64,000 nt of DNA from an uncultured Chitinophaga sp. Its GTDB lineage: Bacteria > Bacteroidota > Bacteroidia > NS11-12g > UBA9320. Each line of letters starts with the position of its first letter. The first letter of the stretch is position 1. The translations under genes were made by a program, and so were the position numbers. The stretch covers positions 10,565 through 74,564 of the forward strand of contig CAYHCM010000002.1 in NCBI GenBank assembly GCA_964355045.1, given 5' to 3'. The notes beneath the pieces were generated by a model. That model saw only the letters and a list, made by a program, of their open reading frames with translations. It ran no database searches and was not told the DNA's origin. Positions 38,472 through 47,348 of the stretch are shown here, piece by piece.

Positions 38472-38972
38472 TTAATCAAGCTTTATTGGCTCGTCAACTT
38501 TTATTTTATCAATAAGTTCATTGGGTACAAATTGAAAATAGACGGGATATTTAGTTGCTATATCTAACAAATCAAATTTATCGAAGAAATCAAATATTTT
38601 GTTTCTGTTGTCAATATCGTCTTGTTTTAAAACGATGGAATAATGAAGGTCGTTCAGGTTTGTTTTGGTTCTATAGGCAATTTTAATAATCTCAGAATTG
38701 TGTTTTAAAAAGCCTTTAACCATGCGGTCAATAATCTCCCTAATTTGGCTGTCTATATTTGATGAAAGTTTGAAAATACTATTAATAGGAGCTTCCAAAC
38801 TATCTTCAATTTTTTTTGAAAGGTCGGTTTTTTCACCAATCTTCAATAATTCATAACTTCTATCAACTTCTTCTTTAAACTCTTCTAAATTGGTTTGAAG
38901 CAAATATAGTATGGCCTGTAACTGCCCCACTTTGTGGTCAGCTCCGGTTTTTATAACTTTATTGCTTTTCAT
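38472..38972 (-). CDS. Hypothetical cytoplasmic protein (166 aa); no recognised domain.
   Basis: ORF only; charged, helical-looking sequence; first gene of a two-gene cassette. Confidence 0.4.
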   Translation of the reverse strand: MKSNKVIKTGADHKVGQLQAILYLLQTNLEEFKEEVDRSYELLKIGEKTDLSKKIEDSLEAPINSIFKLSSNIDSQIREIIDRMVKGFLKHNSEIIKIAYRTKTNLNDLHYSIVLKQDDIDNRNKIFDFFDKFDLLDIATKYPVYFQFVPNELIDKIKVDEPIKLD

Positions 38973-39030
38973 AAATTAGATACAAATTTATACAGAATAT
39001 TTAAAAAATTATACCTACCCAAAATTATCG

Positions 39031-40128
39031 CTACAAATTTTTAACCTTAAACTCAATCTTCGTAATCCTCGTATTGCTTTTATCTACCGATTTAAATTCT
39101 ATTTTGTATATGTGGTTATCCGCAGTTTTTAAAATATAAATATTCTTTTTATAAACTTCATATCGTTTATTAACGGTATTTAAATAACGCCATTTATTCC
39201 CTATAAAGTCTATTGAGTTAGCATAAATATATATTTCAGCATCCCAAAATGTAATGTCATCGAATGCTTTTACAGTATCGCTGGCTATTTGCCTTCCTGT
39301 TGTATTTAGCAAAATCATGTCGGTCCAGCTATAGGCAGTGTCCACTATTATTCCATCTTTTATTACCGGACTATACAGGCCGTATTGAGTAAAAGCTAAA
39401 TCCCAATCAGCCGAAGGAGGTTCAATAATTACCTCTTTTGCCTTTGCTTCAAGCAACACATATATATTATTGTAATCGCCTTTTTTTTCAATTTTCAAGG
39501 TGTCGCCGTAAATATCATTCAACATTCCATATTTTATTCTATAATAATTATCGGTACACCCCAAAATTTCAATTTTTCGGTATCCAAATTCGTCCACACT
39601 ATTTAAATAACCCAAATCAATAACATATGTGTAACCATACGATTTAGGGTTCGTAAATGAAAAATCGCCCCAGGCTCCCATTGCCGTTAAGGCTTTCCCG
39701 TCTTTCATAATATCCGATTGCCAGTTTGTAATATTTCGGGTTTTTATAGAATCTGAAAATTTACCGGTATATCTAGCTATTCGCATATTTTTGGCTGTGT
39801 TCAAATAAAAATAATATTTATCTTTTTGGGCACAAAGCCTTAAATCCCAATCGGTAATTTTATGGGACGAAATTATTTTTTTCTTGCTCAGGCTGTAATA
39901 ATGGGTAGCCATGTTATCGGTATTAATTTCGATGGTTTGTAATTCCGGGTCGGGTATTACAGGCTGCGGTTTCACTGGCTCCACACAGGACGATAAGGGG
40001 AGAATAAAGAGAAAGGTAAACACGGGAAAAAGAGTAAACACGGAGACACGGAGCAAAAGGAGTTTCACAGAGATTTTACCTTGATTCTCTAACCAATTTA
40101 TTTTTAAATGCTTTTCTTTAATTTTCAT
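39031..40128 (-). CDS. HmuY-like lipoprotein (apparent tandem HmuY-type domains). The true start is probably an internal GTG/ATG near 40068, giving 'KLLLLRVSVFTLFPVFTFLFILPLSSC' (lipobox).
   Basis: Two 'DWDLR/DWDLAF' segments ('HYYSLSKKKIISSHKITDWDLRL…YYFYLN' and 'SADWDLAFTQYGLY') resemble the HmuY 'W.YFSF…DWD.A' core; lies immediately downstream of a TonB-dependent receptor; the first ~20 codons of the ORF are translated GA-rich repeat. Confidence 0.45.
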   Translation of the reverse strand: MKIKEKHLKINWLENQGKISVKLLLLRVSVFTLFPVFTFLFILPLSSCVEPVKPQPVIPDPELQTIEINTDNMATHYYSLSKKKIISSHKITDWDLRLCAQKDKYYFYLNTAKNMRIARYTGKFSDSIKTRNITNWQSDIMKDGKALTAMGAWGDFSFTNPKSYGYTYVIDLGYLNSVDEFGYRKIEILGCTDNYYRIKYGMLNDIYGDTLKIEKKGDYNNIYVLLEAKAKEVIIEPPSADWDLAFTQYGLYSPVIKDGIIVDTAYSWTDMILLNTTGRQIASDTVKAFDDITFWDAEIYIYANSIDFIGNKWRYLNTVNKRYEVYKKNIYILKTADNHIYKIEFKSVDKSNTRITKIEFKVKNL

Positions 40129-40193
40129 TTCTCCGTGTTTCTCTTTGTTCTCTGTATCTCCATGTTAATTTTCCGAATTCATCAAGCCCAAAG

Positions 40194-42206
40194 TTAAATA
40201 TTAATATTTAATTCAATAAAATAATTTCTACCATTCATTAAGGCATTTGTAAAAGGCTGCTGTTGTTGGCCCCCTGCCGAGTCGGTAGTAAGTAAAAAAC
40301 TGTCACTATTTTTTACATTAAAAATATTTTTTATGCCACCTCTTAGCATAATGGTTTTTTTGCTAAATGATTTTTCCAACACGGCATCGGCCAGATTAAA
40401 ACTATGATTAAAAAAAGTTTGAGGGCCGTTTACTGCATCCAATGCCATGTATCCCCTTTGCCCTGTATGTTTAATAATCGCACAAAAACTAAGCCCTGAG
40501 TTAGGTATTTTAAACGTAAAGTTTGAGTAAACTTCGGTATAAAATAATTGCTTATCGAACAAATTGGCAAAGTGATTATTACCTGCAAGAATTCCTCTGA
40601 AATTTAAATCCCAGTAGGTGCTTTGATAGGCAATATTTATGCGGGTGCCAATCGTTTTCTTCTCGCTCAGGTTTTTATGAACGAGCCTCCCGGGGTCGTT
40701 TTTATCCGAAATTAATTCGATCCCATCTTTAAAAAAATAATTAAAAAAACCGGGTTCTACGGTTATGTTATCTTCTTTAACAAAAATTTTATCTTTTTTA
40801 AATAATAACGAATAATGGTATGTTACGGCACTTTCGTCGGTCAGGTTCAGGTTTCGTTTTATGCTATAGCCATTGGTAAGATAGGTGGCAAACATTTGGT
40901 CGAACGTGGGAGCTTTGGTGCTGCGGGCTACCATAAATTTAAAACTTACCACGGGCGTAAATTTAAAATTCATTTTAGCTTCATACAGCGGTTTGGTTTT
41001 ATACTTTGAACTATATGGCAATCTAAATGCCCCGAACAACAACATGTTTTTTATACCCGAATACCGTAATATAAAAAACAAACTGGTGGTTGAATTTGAT
41101 TGGATAACATTATTCACTGTATGTTTATACCTATCCATGGTACTTGCAAAATCAAAGCCTGCATGATAATTGACCTGCTTGTTTTTATCGCCTTGCGAAA
41201 TTACACATCGGCCATAAACCAAAGTGTAGCGTATGGTATCGTTCAAGGCCGTATCGTTCACGGCTTTTTGTTGGGCAGTAAAAACATCTTTAAGAAATAA
41301 GGTATTATATCGCCGATAATTCATCCATTGCAAATCGCCCTGAAGGTTATATTTTCGGGTCAATTTACCTTTGATTCCAATGTAGATTGAATTATTATTG
41401 GTTTTAGTTTGGCGGTCGTAAGCCCTTACCGTTTGTGGATATGGATATCCAAGCTGGGTTTTATTTTCATAAAGATTATTGAACCCGATGGAAACATCCA
41501 TGTATTGCAAAATTTTATGAGAAAAATAAATATGATTATTAACCCGGGTATAAGGCAGCCATTGCAATACGCGGCCCGAGTCATTGCCCTGCCTGCCTGC
41601 AAAGGCATCTACCGAGGATGAAAACCGAAAGAAGTTTTCGGTAGTTCGCCGGCCAAGATTTACATTGCTATAAAAACTTCCCGGATTATAGCCTTGAAAA
41701 CGCAAAGATGGTTTATACACTTTTTCCTGTGTAGTTTTTGAAATTAAATTGATAACACCCATAATAGCCGAACTGCCGTAAGCCACGCCCTGCGGATTTT
41801 CTATTATTTCTATTCGGCTGATATTATCAACCGGAATTTGTTGCAAATCCATTTCATCAAACTGAACTGAGCGAAAAGGCAAACCATCTAATAAAATCAA
41901 AATATTTCCCTTAGTACTTCCATGCCATTGAAATTGCCAGCCCTTAATGGCATCATAATTAAAAATACCCCCCGTTTCCAATATCAAAATATCTTTGAGA
42001 TTATTGGCACCCCGCAATCGTATTTCGGCTTCGGTAATTATCCGGGTTACATCGGCGAGTTCACTTTGTTTCACTTTTTTAAATTGCCCGGTTTCCACCA
42101 TGGTGTTTTCCTTGTTTTTGCTTTGGGCAAAAATCAGGCTTGGAAAAAGTATAAAAAAACAAAGGATTAAGCGGGTCAACAAATCAATAACGCATTTATC
42201 CTCCAA
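40194..42206 (-). CDS. TonB-dependent outer-membrane receptor (HmuR-like context).
   Basis: Signal peptide; plug-domain region '…LDGLPFRSVQFDEMDLQQIPVDNISRIEIIENPQGVAYGSSAIMGVINLISK'; ~670-aa beta-barrel. Confidence 0.75.
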   Translation of the reverse strand: MEDKCVIDLLTRLILCFFILFPSLIFAQSKNKENTMVETGQFKKVKQSELADVTRIITEAEIRLRGANNLKDILILETGGIFNYDAIKGWQFQWHGSTKGNILILLDGLPFRSVQFDEMDLQQIPVDNISRIEIIENPQGVAYGSSAIMGVINLISKTTQEKVYKPSLRFQGYNPGSFYSNVNLGRRTTENFFRFSSSVDAFAGRQGNDSGRVLQWLPYTRVNNHIYFSHKILQYMDVSIGFNNLYENKTQLGYPYPQTVRAYDRQTKTNNNSIYIGIKGKLTRKYNLQGDLQWMNYRRYNTLFLKDVFTAQQKAVNDTALNDTIRYTLVYGRCVISQGDKNKQVNYHAGFDFASTMDRYKHTVNNVIQSNSTTSLFFILRYSGIKNMLLFGAFRLPYSSKYKTKPLYEAKMNFKFTPVVSFKFMVARSTKAPTFDQMFATYLTNGYSIKRNLNLTDESAVTYHYSLLFKKDKIFVKEDNITVEPGFFNYFFKDGIELISDKNDPGRLVHKNLSEKKTIGTRINIAYQSTYWDLNFRGILAGNNHFANLFDKQLFYTEVYSNFTFKIPNSGLSFCAIIKHTGQRGYMALDAVNGPQTFFNHSFNLADAVLEKSFSKKTIMLRGGIKNIFNVKNSDSFLLTTDSAGGQQQQPFTNALMNGRNYFIELNINI

Positions 42207-42356
42207 TATTATTCATTTTCATTGGTAAATAAATTTTTTGGACGTTTCTTTTTACCTTGAAATTATTAAAATCCAATATAGTGAACAAAATATGGCAGAA
42301 GATGAACTTTAAAAAATTTAGATTAAACTTTTATCAAATGTTAGTGATTAAAATAA

Positions 42357-42785
42357 TCAAGGATTAAAAATCATTTTAAAATGCTGAATCCCTGCCTCTT
42401 CAAACTGGGGGCCTGTGCGTTGAAAACCGGCTTTAGCATAAAGAGGCATGGCTTCTATTTGGGCATGTAAATAAATCGTTTTGTTAAAAGGTTTCACATC
42501 ATTCAATAATCGGTTTACCAATTTCAAGGCAATACCTTTTCGGCGGAATTCTGCCAATACTGCAAAACGTTCCAATTTTATTCCATTCTCGGTTTCCCTC
42601 CATCGGGCAGTTGCCACTGAAGTTTTATCAATAAAGGCCAGATAATGCTGACATATTTCTTCGTTTTCATATTCCAGTTCGGGAGGACATTCCTGTTCTA
42701 TTACAAACACCTGTTGGCGTATGGCAAAGGCTTTTCTCATAAAAGAAGTATCGGAAAACGTAAATCGTATAATTTCGATAGGCAT
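42357..42785 (-). CDS. GNAT-family N-acetyltransferase.
   Basis: '…LERFAVLAEFRRKGIALKLVNRLL…' acetyl-CoA-binding motif A (R/Q-x-x-G-x-G/A). Confidence 0.7.
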   Translation of the reverse strand: MPIEIIRFTFSDTSFMRKAFAIRQQVFVIEQECPPELEYENEEICQHYLAFIDKTSVATARWRETENGIKLERFAVLAEFRRKGIALKLVNRLLNDVKPFNKTIYLHAQIEAMPLYAKAGFQRTGPQFEEAGIQHFKMIFNP

Positions 42786-42970
42786 GGCTGCAAAAATATA
42801 TCAATAAAACGAACACGGAAAAACAAAACGGTGTAAACATTCTAAATAAAATCTACATTGGTATTTTTTTTAATTTAATGTAAGTTTGCCACCCTAATTA
42901 GCCTTTAATAAAAAAGGCAAAATTTCAAATTTCAAATTTCAAATTTCAAAAATCGTAAATCTAAAATAAA

Positions 42971-44029
42971 ATGGGCATATCCAAAATAACCGAACTCTTA
43001 GGCTCCCATGCCGATTCACTTTTAAACCATACAAGCAAAACAATAAGTAAAGACAGGCTGCATTTACCAAACCCCGATTATTATATGGATTCGTATGGTA
43101 TGAGCAATCGCAATGCGCAGGTATTGCGCAGCCTTGGTCAAATCTACAATTCAGGCCGATTGGCCAAAACAGGTTATGTATCAATATTACCGGTTGATCA
43201 GGGAATTGAACATAGTGCCGGTGCTTCGTTTGCACCCAATCCTGATTATTTCGATCCTGAGAATATTATTAAATTAGCCATCGAAGGGGGTTGTAATGCA
43301 GTAGCTTCCACCTTTGGAGTGCTTGCTTCATGTTCACGTCAGTATGCGCATAAAATTCCGTTCATAGTAAAAATTAACCATAACGAATTTATATCATACC
43401 CCAACCGTTTCAACCAATTTATGTTTGGAAGTGTAGAAGAAGCCTGGAATTTAGGAGCGGTAGCCGTAGGTGCCACTATTTACTTTGGTTCACCCGAAAG
43501 CGACCGGCAGATAATTGAAGTAGCTCAGGCGTTTGAACGAGCCCATGAACTTGGAATGGCTACCGTGCTTTGGTGTTATTTACGAAATAATGCATTTAAA
43601 AAAGACGGCGTGGATTATCATGCAAGTGCTGATTTAACAGGCCAGGCCAACCATTTAGGTGTAACCATTCAGGCTGATATTATTAAACAAAAACTTCCTG
43701 AAAATAATGGGGGCTATACCGCCATTAATTTTGGTAAAACCCATGCAAAGGTTTACAGTGAACTTACATCTGACAATCCAATTGACCTTTGCCGTTATCA
43801 GGTGGCCAATTGTTATATGGGCAAAGTGGGTTTGATAAATTCAGGAGGCGAAAGCAAAGGAGCAACCGATTTGGCCGAAGCTGTAAGAACAGCAGTAATT
43901 AATAAAAGAGCCGGGGGCTGCGGTTTAATTTCCGGACGCAAATCATTCCAAAAACCATTGAAAGACGGTATTGAATTATTAAATTCAATTCAGGATGTAT
44001 ATCTTTCAAAAGAAGTTACTATTGCATAA
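42971..44029 (+). CDS. fbaB: Class I fructose-bisphosphate aldolase (FbaB type).
   Basis: Near-collinear with E. coli FbaB: '[53 protein letters not shown]…VKINHNE…[10 protein letters not shown]…[18 protein letters not shown]…[15 protein letters not shown]'. Confidence 0.9.
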   Translation: MGISKITELLGSHADSLLNHTSKTISKDRLHLPNPDYYMDSYGMSNRNAQVLRSLGQIYNSGRLAKTGYVSILPVDQGIEHSAGASFAPNPDYFDPENIIKLAIEGGCNAVASTFGVLASCSRQYAHKIPFIVKINHNEFISYPNRFNQFMFGSVEEAWNLGAVAVGATIYFGSPESDRQIIEVAQAFERAHELGMATVLWCYLRNNAFKKDGVDYHASADLTGQANHLGVTIQADIIKQKLPENNGGYTAINFGKTHAKVYSELTSDNPIDLCRYQVANCYMGKVGLINSGGESKGATDLAEAVRTAVINKRAGGCGLISGRKSFQKPLKDGIELLNSIQDVYLSKEVTIA

Positions 44030-44034
44030 TATCC

Positions 44035-44062
44035 ATTGCCGTTGCTTTAAAGCAACGGCAAT
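44035..44062 (+). terminator. Hairpin ATTGCCGTTGC-TTTAA-AGCAACGGCAAT directly after the fbaB stop.
   Basis: 11-bp perfect stem read directly; no clean T-tract; the accD start codon follows only 36 nt later. Confidence 0.45.
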
Positions 44063-44097
44063 AAATCTAAAATCATAAATCTAAAATCGCAAATCGA

Positions 44098-44988
44098 ATG
44101 AGTTGGTTTCAACGGGTAAAAGAAGGTATAGTAACCAAAACCAAAGATAAAAAGGAAACCCCTGACGGCCTTTGGTATCAATGCTCACGGTGCAAAAAAC
44201 CAATACTTACCAAAGAGTTTGAAGAAAATTGCTGGGTATGTATGCACTGCGATTATCATGAAAAAATCGGCTCCGAAGAATATTTCTCTATTCTGTTTGA
44301 CGAAAACAAGCATACAGAGCTTTTTAATAATATTATTTCAGCCGATCCATTAAATTTTACCGATTCAAAACCATATCCTGAACGGATAAAAGAAACCATG
44401 GCCAAAACCGATCTGAAAGATGCCGTGCGAGTTGCTACCGGAAAAATGAATGGCCGAAAATTAGTGGTGGCCTGTATGGATTTTAGTTTTATTGGCGGCT
44501 CTATGGGCAGTGTGGTAGGAGAAAAAATATCGCGGGCTATTGACTACGGCCGCGAAAACAAAATACCGGTTTTGATAATTTCAAAATCAGGCGGAGCACG
44601 GATGATGGAAGCCGCCTACTCACTTATGCAAATGGCTAAAACTTCAGCCAAATTAGCATTGCTTGCCAAAGACGGTATTCCTTATATTTCATTATTGACT
44701 GACCCAACCACTGGTGGCGTTACAGCCTCTTATGCCATGTTGGGCGATTTAAATATTTCAGAACCTGAAGCTTTGATTGGGTTTGCCGGCCCCAGAGTAA
44801 TTAAAGAAACAATAGGGAAAGATTTACCCAAAGGATTCCAGCGGGCTGAATTTTTGGTAGAAAAAGGATTTTTGGATTATATAATAAACCGCAAAGAGTT
44901 GAAGCAAAATCTTACAACCCTTTTTTCCATAATTTGGGATAAAAAAAGTAAGAAAAAAGAAACTGAAGAAATGCCTCACGAGGATTAA
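44098..44988 (+). CDS. accD: Acetyl-CoA carboxylase carboxyltransferase beta subunit.
   Basis: N-terminal zinc ribbon 'CSRCKKP…[10 protein letters not shown]' and the carboxyltransferase domain '…[16 protein letters not shown]…'. Confidence 0.9.
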   Translation: MSWFQRVKEGIVTKTKDKKETPDGLWYQCSRCKKPILTKEFEENCWVCMHCDYHEKIGSEEYFSILFDENKHTELFNNIISADPLNFTDSKPYPERIKETMAKTDLKDAVRVATGKMNGRKLVVACMDFSFIGGSMGSVVGEKISRAIDYGRENKIPVLIISKSGGARMMEAAYSLMQMAKTSAKLALLAKDGIPYISLLTDPTTGGVTASYAMLGDLNISEPEALIGFAGPRVIKETIGKDLPKGFQRAEFLVEKGFLDYIINRKELKQNLTTLFSIIWDKKSKKKETEEMPHED

Positions 44989-45157
44989 ATTCTTGCCAAT
45001 TTACAATAAAGGCATTCGATATGACAGATGATTAAAAAACAAATATAAATTACAAATCGAAGATTCGATGATACCTATAATTAAAAATAAATATTAACTA
45101 ATCATCATATCAATCCGAGTAAATAATTAATTTCGCAACCATAAATTTAATAAAAAA

Positions 45158-45535
45158 ATGAATTTTCCAGCCAACCTAAAATACACCGAAGACCACGAGT
45201 GGGTAAACATAGAAGGTGACATTGCTACCATTGGTATTACCGAATTTGCACAAGGCGAATTAGGCGATATTGTGTTTGTAGAAATAGAAACCGTAGGTCA
45301 AACCCTCAATGCCCATGAAATATTTGGAACCGTAGAGGCTGTAAAAACAGTATCGGATTTATTTTTACCATTGAGTGGTGAAATACTTGAAAAAAATGAG
45401 GCCTTGGATAACGACCCACAAAATGTAAACGAAGATCCATACGGAAAAGGGTGGATGATAAAGTTAAAAATGAGCAATCCTTCGGAGGCTGATGCTCTTT
45501 TATCGGCGGAGGATTATGCTGCTATTGCAGGGTAA
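45158..45535 (+). CDS. gcvH: Glycine cleavage system H protein.
   Basis: 'YTEDHEWV…GDIATIGITEFAQGELGDIVFVE…VEAVKTVSDLFLPLSGEI' with the lipoyl-lysine in 'EAVKT'. Confidence 0.9.
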   Translation: MNFPANLKYTEDHEWVNIEGDIATIGITEFAQGELGDIVFVEIETVGQTLNAHEIFGTVEAVKTVSDLFLPLSGEILEKNEALDNDPQNVNEDPYGKGWMIKLKMSNPSEADALLSAEDYAAIAG

Positions 45536-45550
45536 ATAATTTATTAACAG

Positions 45551-45579
45551 ATTTGACAACTTTTAAAAAGTTGTCAAAT
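45551..45579. terminator. Palindrome ATTTGACAACTTTT-AAAA-AGTTGTCAAAT between convergent gcvH and the GSDH-like gene; second copy of the element at 2831.
   Basis: Same 10-bp stem TTGACAACTT as at 2831-2855; followed by a T-rich stretch and a second hairpin (TACTTTTCCAAA…TTTGGAAAAGTA, 45603-45640). Confidence 0.5.
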
Positions 45580-45653
45580 CTAAATGGCTTTACGTTTTTT
45601 ATTTTTACTTTTCCAAATTTTTGCAACTTTGGAAAAGTAAAGAGCTAACATAC

Positions 45654-46853
45654 TTACTTTATCACAATTTTCAATATCCGGTCGTCCTCTGCTTTTGGTG
45701 TTCCCCTACCGTCCTTGTTACTCACACAAACATAAAGACATCCATCCGGCCCTTCAGCCACATCACGCAAACGTCCATATTTGGTGGCAAAAAATTCTTC
45801 AATTCTTAAAATTTTGCGGTTATTATTTGGATTAATTATAGCCCGGTAAAGGGTTTGGCCTCTTAATCCTGTAAAAACAAACGAGCCTTTCCATTTACCC
45901 TGCGATACAAATGTGCAACCGGCCGGAGCCCAAGTAATAGCTGAACCACTAATAGCAATAGGTGTTTCCATACCGGCTTTTGTTTCCATACCAACAATAT
46001 CAGGCCAGCCATAGTTTTTACCTTTTTCAATAATATTTATTTCATCATTGCAACATCCTTTTTCGCCTGAAGGGCCATGCTCGGTAGAAAAAAGTAAATT
46101 GCTGCCAGGCTGCCAGGCAAGCCCTTGAGCATTCCTATTGCCATACGACCAAATGTAAGATTTTGGAAAAGGATTATCTGTAGGAATAGTGCCATCGGCA
46201 TTGAGTCTTAAAATTTTTCCGTTTAAAGAGTTTAAATTTTGGGGTAAGGTTTGGTCAAAGCGGTCACCAAAACTCCAGTACAATTTTCCGTCAGGGCCAA
46301 ATTTTACAGGCCCTCCATTGTGATTATTGCTGCCTATTACACTATCAATTAAAACCATATTTTCACTCCCGGTTTTGGATATTGAATTTTCAATACAGCG
46401 CACCAGCTTATTGGTGAATTTACTCCTTGGTGTTGTGTAAGTATAGGCAATATATACAAAGCCGTTGCTTGAAAAATTAGGATCGAGGGCAATGCCTAAG
46501 AGCCCTGATTCACTTTGTTCAACCACATTGGTTAGGTCGAGCCAGGTGGTTAATACTCCATTGGTTACTACCCTTATTCTGCCGGCACGCTCTGTAAAAA
46601 ACATTCTTCCATCGGGTGCAAAAGCTATTTCCCAAGGGGTATCCAAATTTTTAATAACATCGGTTACTGTAAGCGAATAAGTAGTGTCAATGGGAGTAAT
46701 ATTATCATTTTTATTATTCTTCTTTTTGCACTGGCTTTGCAAAAAAAGCAAGCTAAATAAAAGTGTTCCGAAAATAAGGAGTGTTGATTTGTGAGTCATT
46801 GTGAGGATTTTAAAGTTAATAAAAAACAGTTTTTGAAAAAAAAACCAATTCAA
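45654..46853 (-). CDS. Soluble glucose/sorbosone-dehydrogenase-like (PQQ-dependent beta-propeller) lipoprotein; the start is probably the internal 'MTHKSTLLIFGTLLFSLLFLQSQC'.
   Basis: 'SGLLGIALDPNFSSNGFVYIAYTY' and 'PDGRMFFTERAGRIRVV' GSDH-family motifs. Confidence 0.65.
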   Translation of the reverse strand: MNWFFFQKLFFINFKILTMTHKSTLLIFGTLLFSLLFLQSQCKKKNNKNDNITPIDTTYSLTVTDVIKNLDTPWEIAFAPDGRMFFTERAGRIRVVTNGVLTTWLDLTNVVEQSESGLLGIALDPNFSSNGFVYIAYTYTTPRSKFTNKLVRCIENSISKTGSENMVLIDSVIGSNNHNGGPVKFGPDGKLYWSFGDRFDQTLPQNLNSLNGKILRLNADGTIPTDNPFPKSYIWSYGNRNAQGLAWQPGSNLLFSTEHGPSGEKGCCNDEINIIEKGKNYGWPDIVGMETKAGMETPIAISGSAITWAPAGCTFVSQGKWKGSFVFTGLRGQTLYRAIINPNNNRKILRIEEFFATKYGRLRDVAEGPDGCLYVCVSNKDGRGTPKAEDDRILKIVIK

Positions 46854-46883
46854 TTTTAGGGTTTATATTTATGGTTCTCTATG

Positions 46884-47294
46884 TTATCGAAATATATAAT
46901 TATCGGCACTCCATTTTCCGGGGCCTGAAATAAATAATGTTACATAAGCAGCCAAATAAAGAAATGCCAATTCACCATCGCCGAAAATATCGCCATTATG
47001 TGAATCAAAAGCAGCCACCATCATTGCAATTATTAAGGGAATTAACGCCAATCGGGTAAATAATCCTGAAATTAATAATAAGGCGCAAAAAAATTCAGCA
47101 CCAATAACCAAGGCCAATGAAATTTCATCGCCCAAACCTAAAAAATTCATAAAGTCACCCGACTTTTCGCTATAATTAATCAGTTTTTTATATCCATGCG
47201 GAACCATTATCAAACCGGCTGCTACCCTAAGAATTAATAGAGAAACGTTTAATCTTTGTTCAGAATGATTTGGCAATAAAAATTTTTTAAACAT
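46884..47294 (-). CDS. DoxX-family membrane protein.
   Basis: 'LLILRVAAGLIMVPHGYKKL' DoxX signature; 4 TM segments. Confidence 0.7.
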   Translation of the reverse strand: MFKKFLLPNHSEQRLNVSLLILRVAAGLIMVPHGYKKLINYSEKSGDFMNFLGLGDEISLALVIGAEFFCALLLISGLFTRLALIPLIIAMMVAAFDSHNGDIFGDGELAFLYLAAYVTLFISGPGKWSADNYIFR

Positions 47295-47348
47295 GTTTCA
47301 AAAGTAATAAATTTAGGCCCGATTTAAGAAAGCTGAAAATTAAAGTTA

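Noticed and set aside
42920-42948. (AAATTTC)x4 heptamer tandem repeat upstream of fbaB, considered as a slipped-strand phase-variation tract.
   Set aside because: Four copies of a 7-mer in a promoter are at the low end for phase variation, and the tract merges into the general AAAT-periodic leader motif. Kept only as part of the leader-motif finding.
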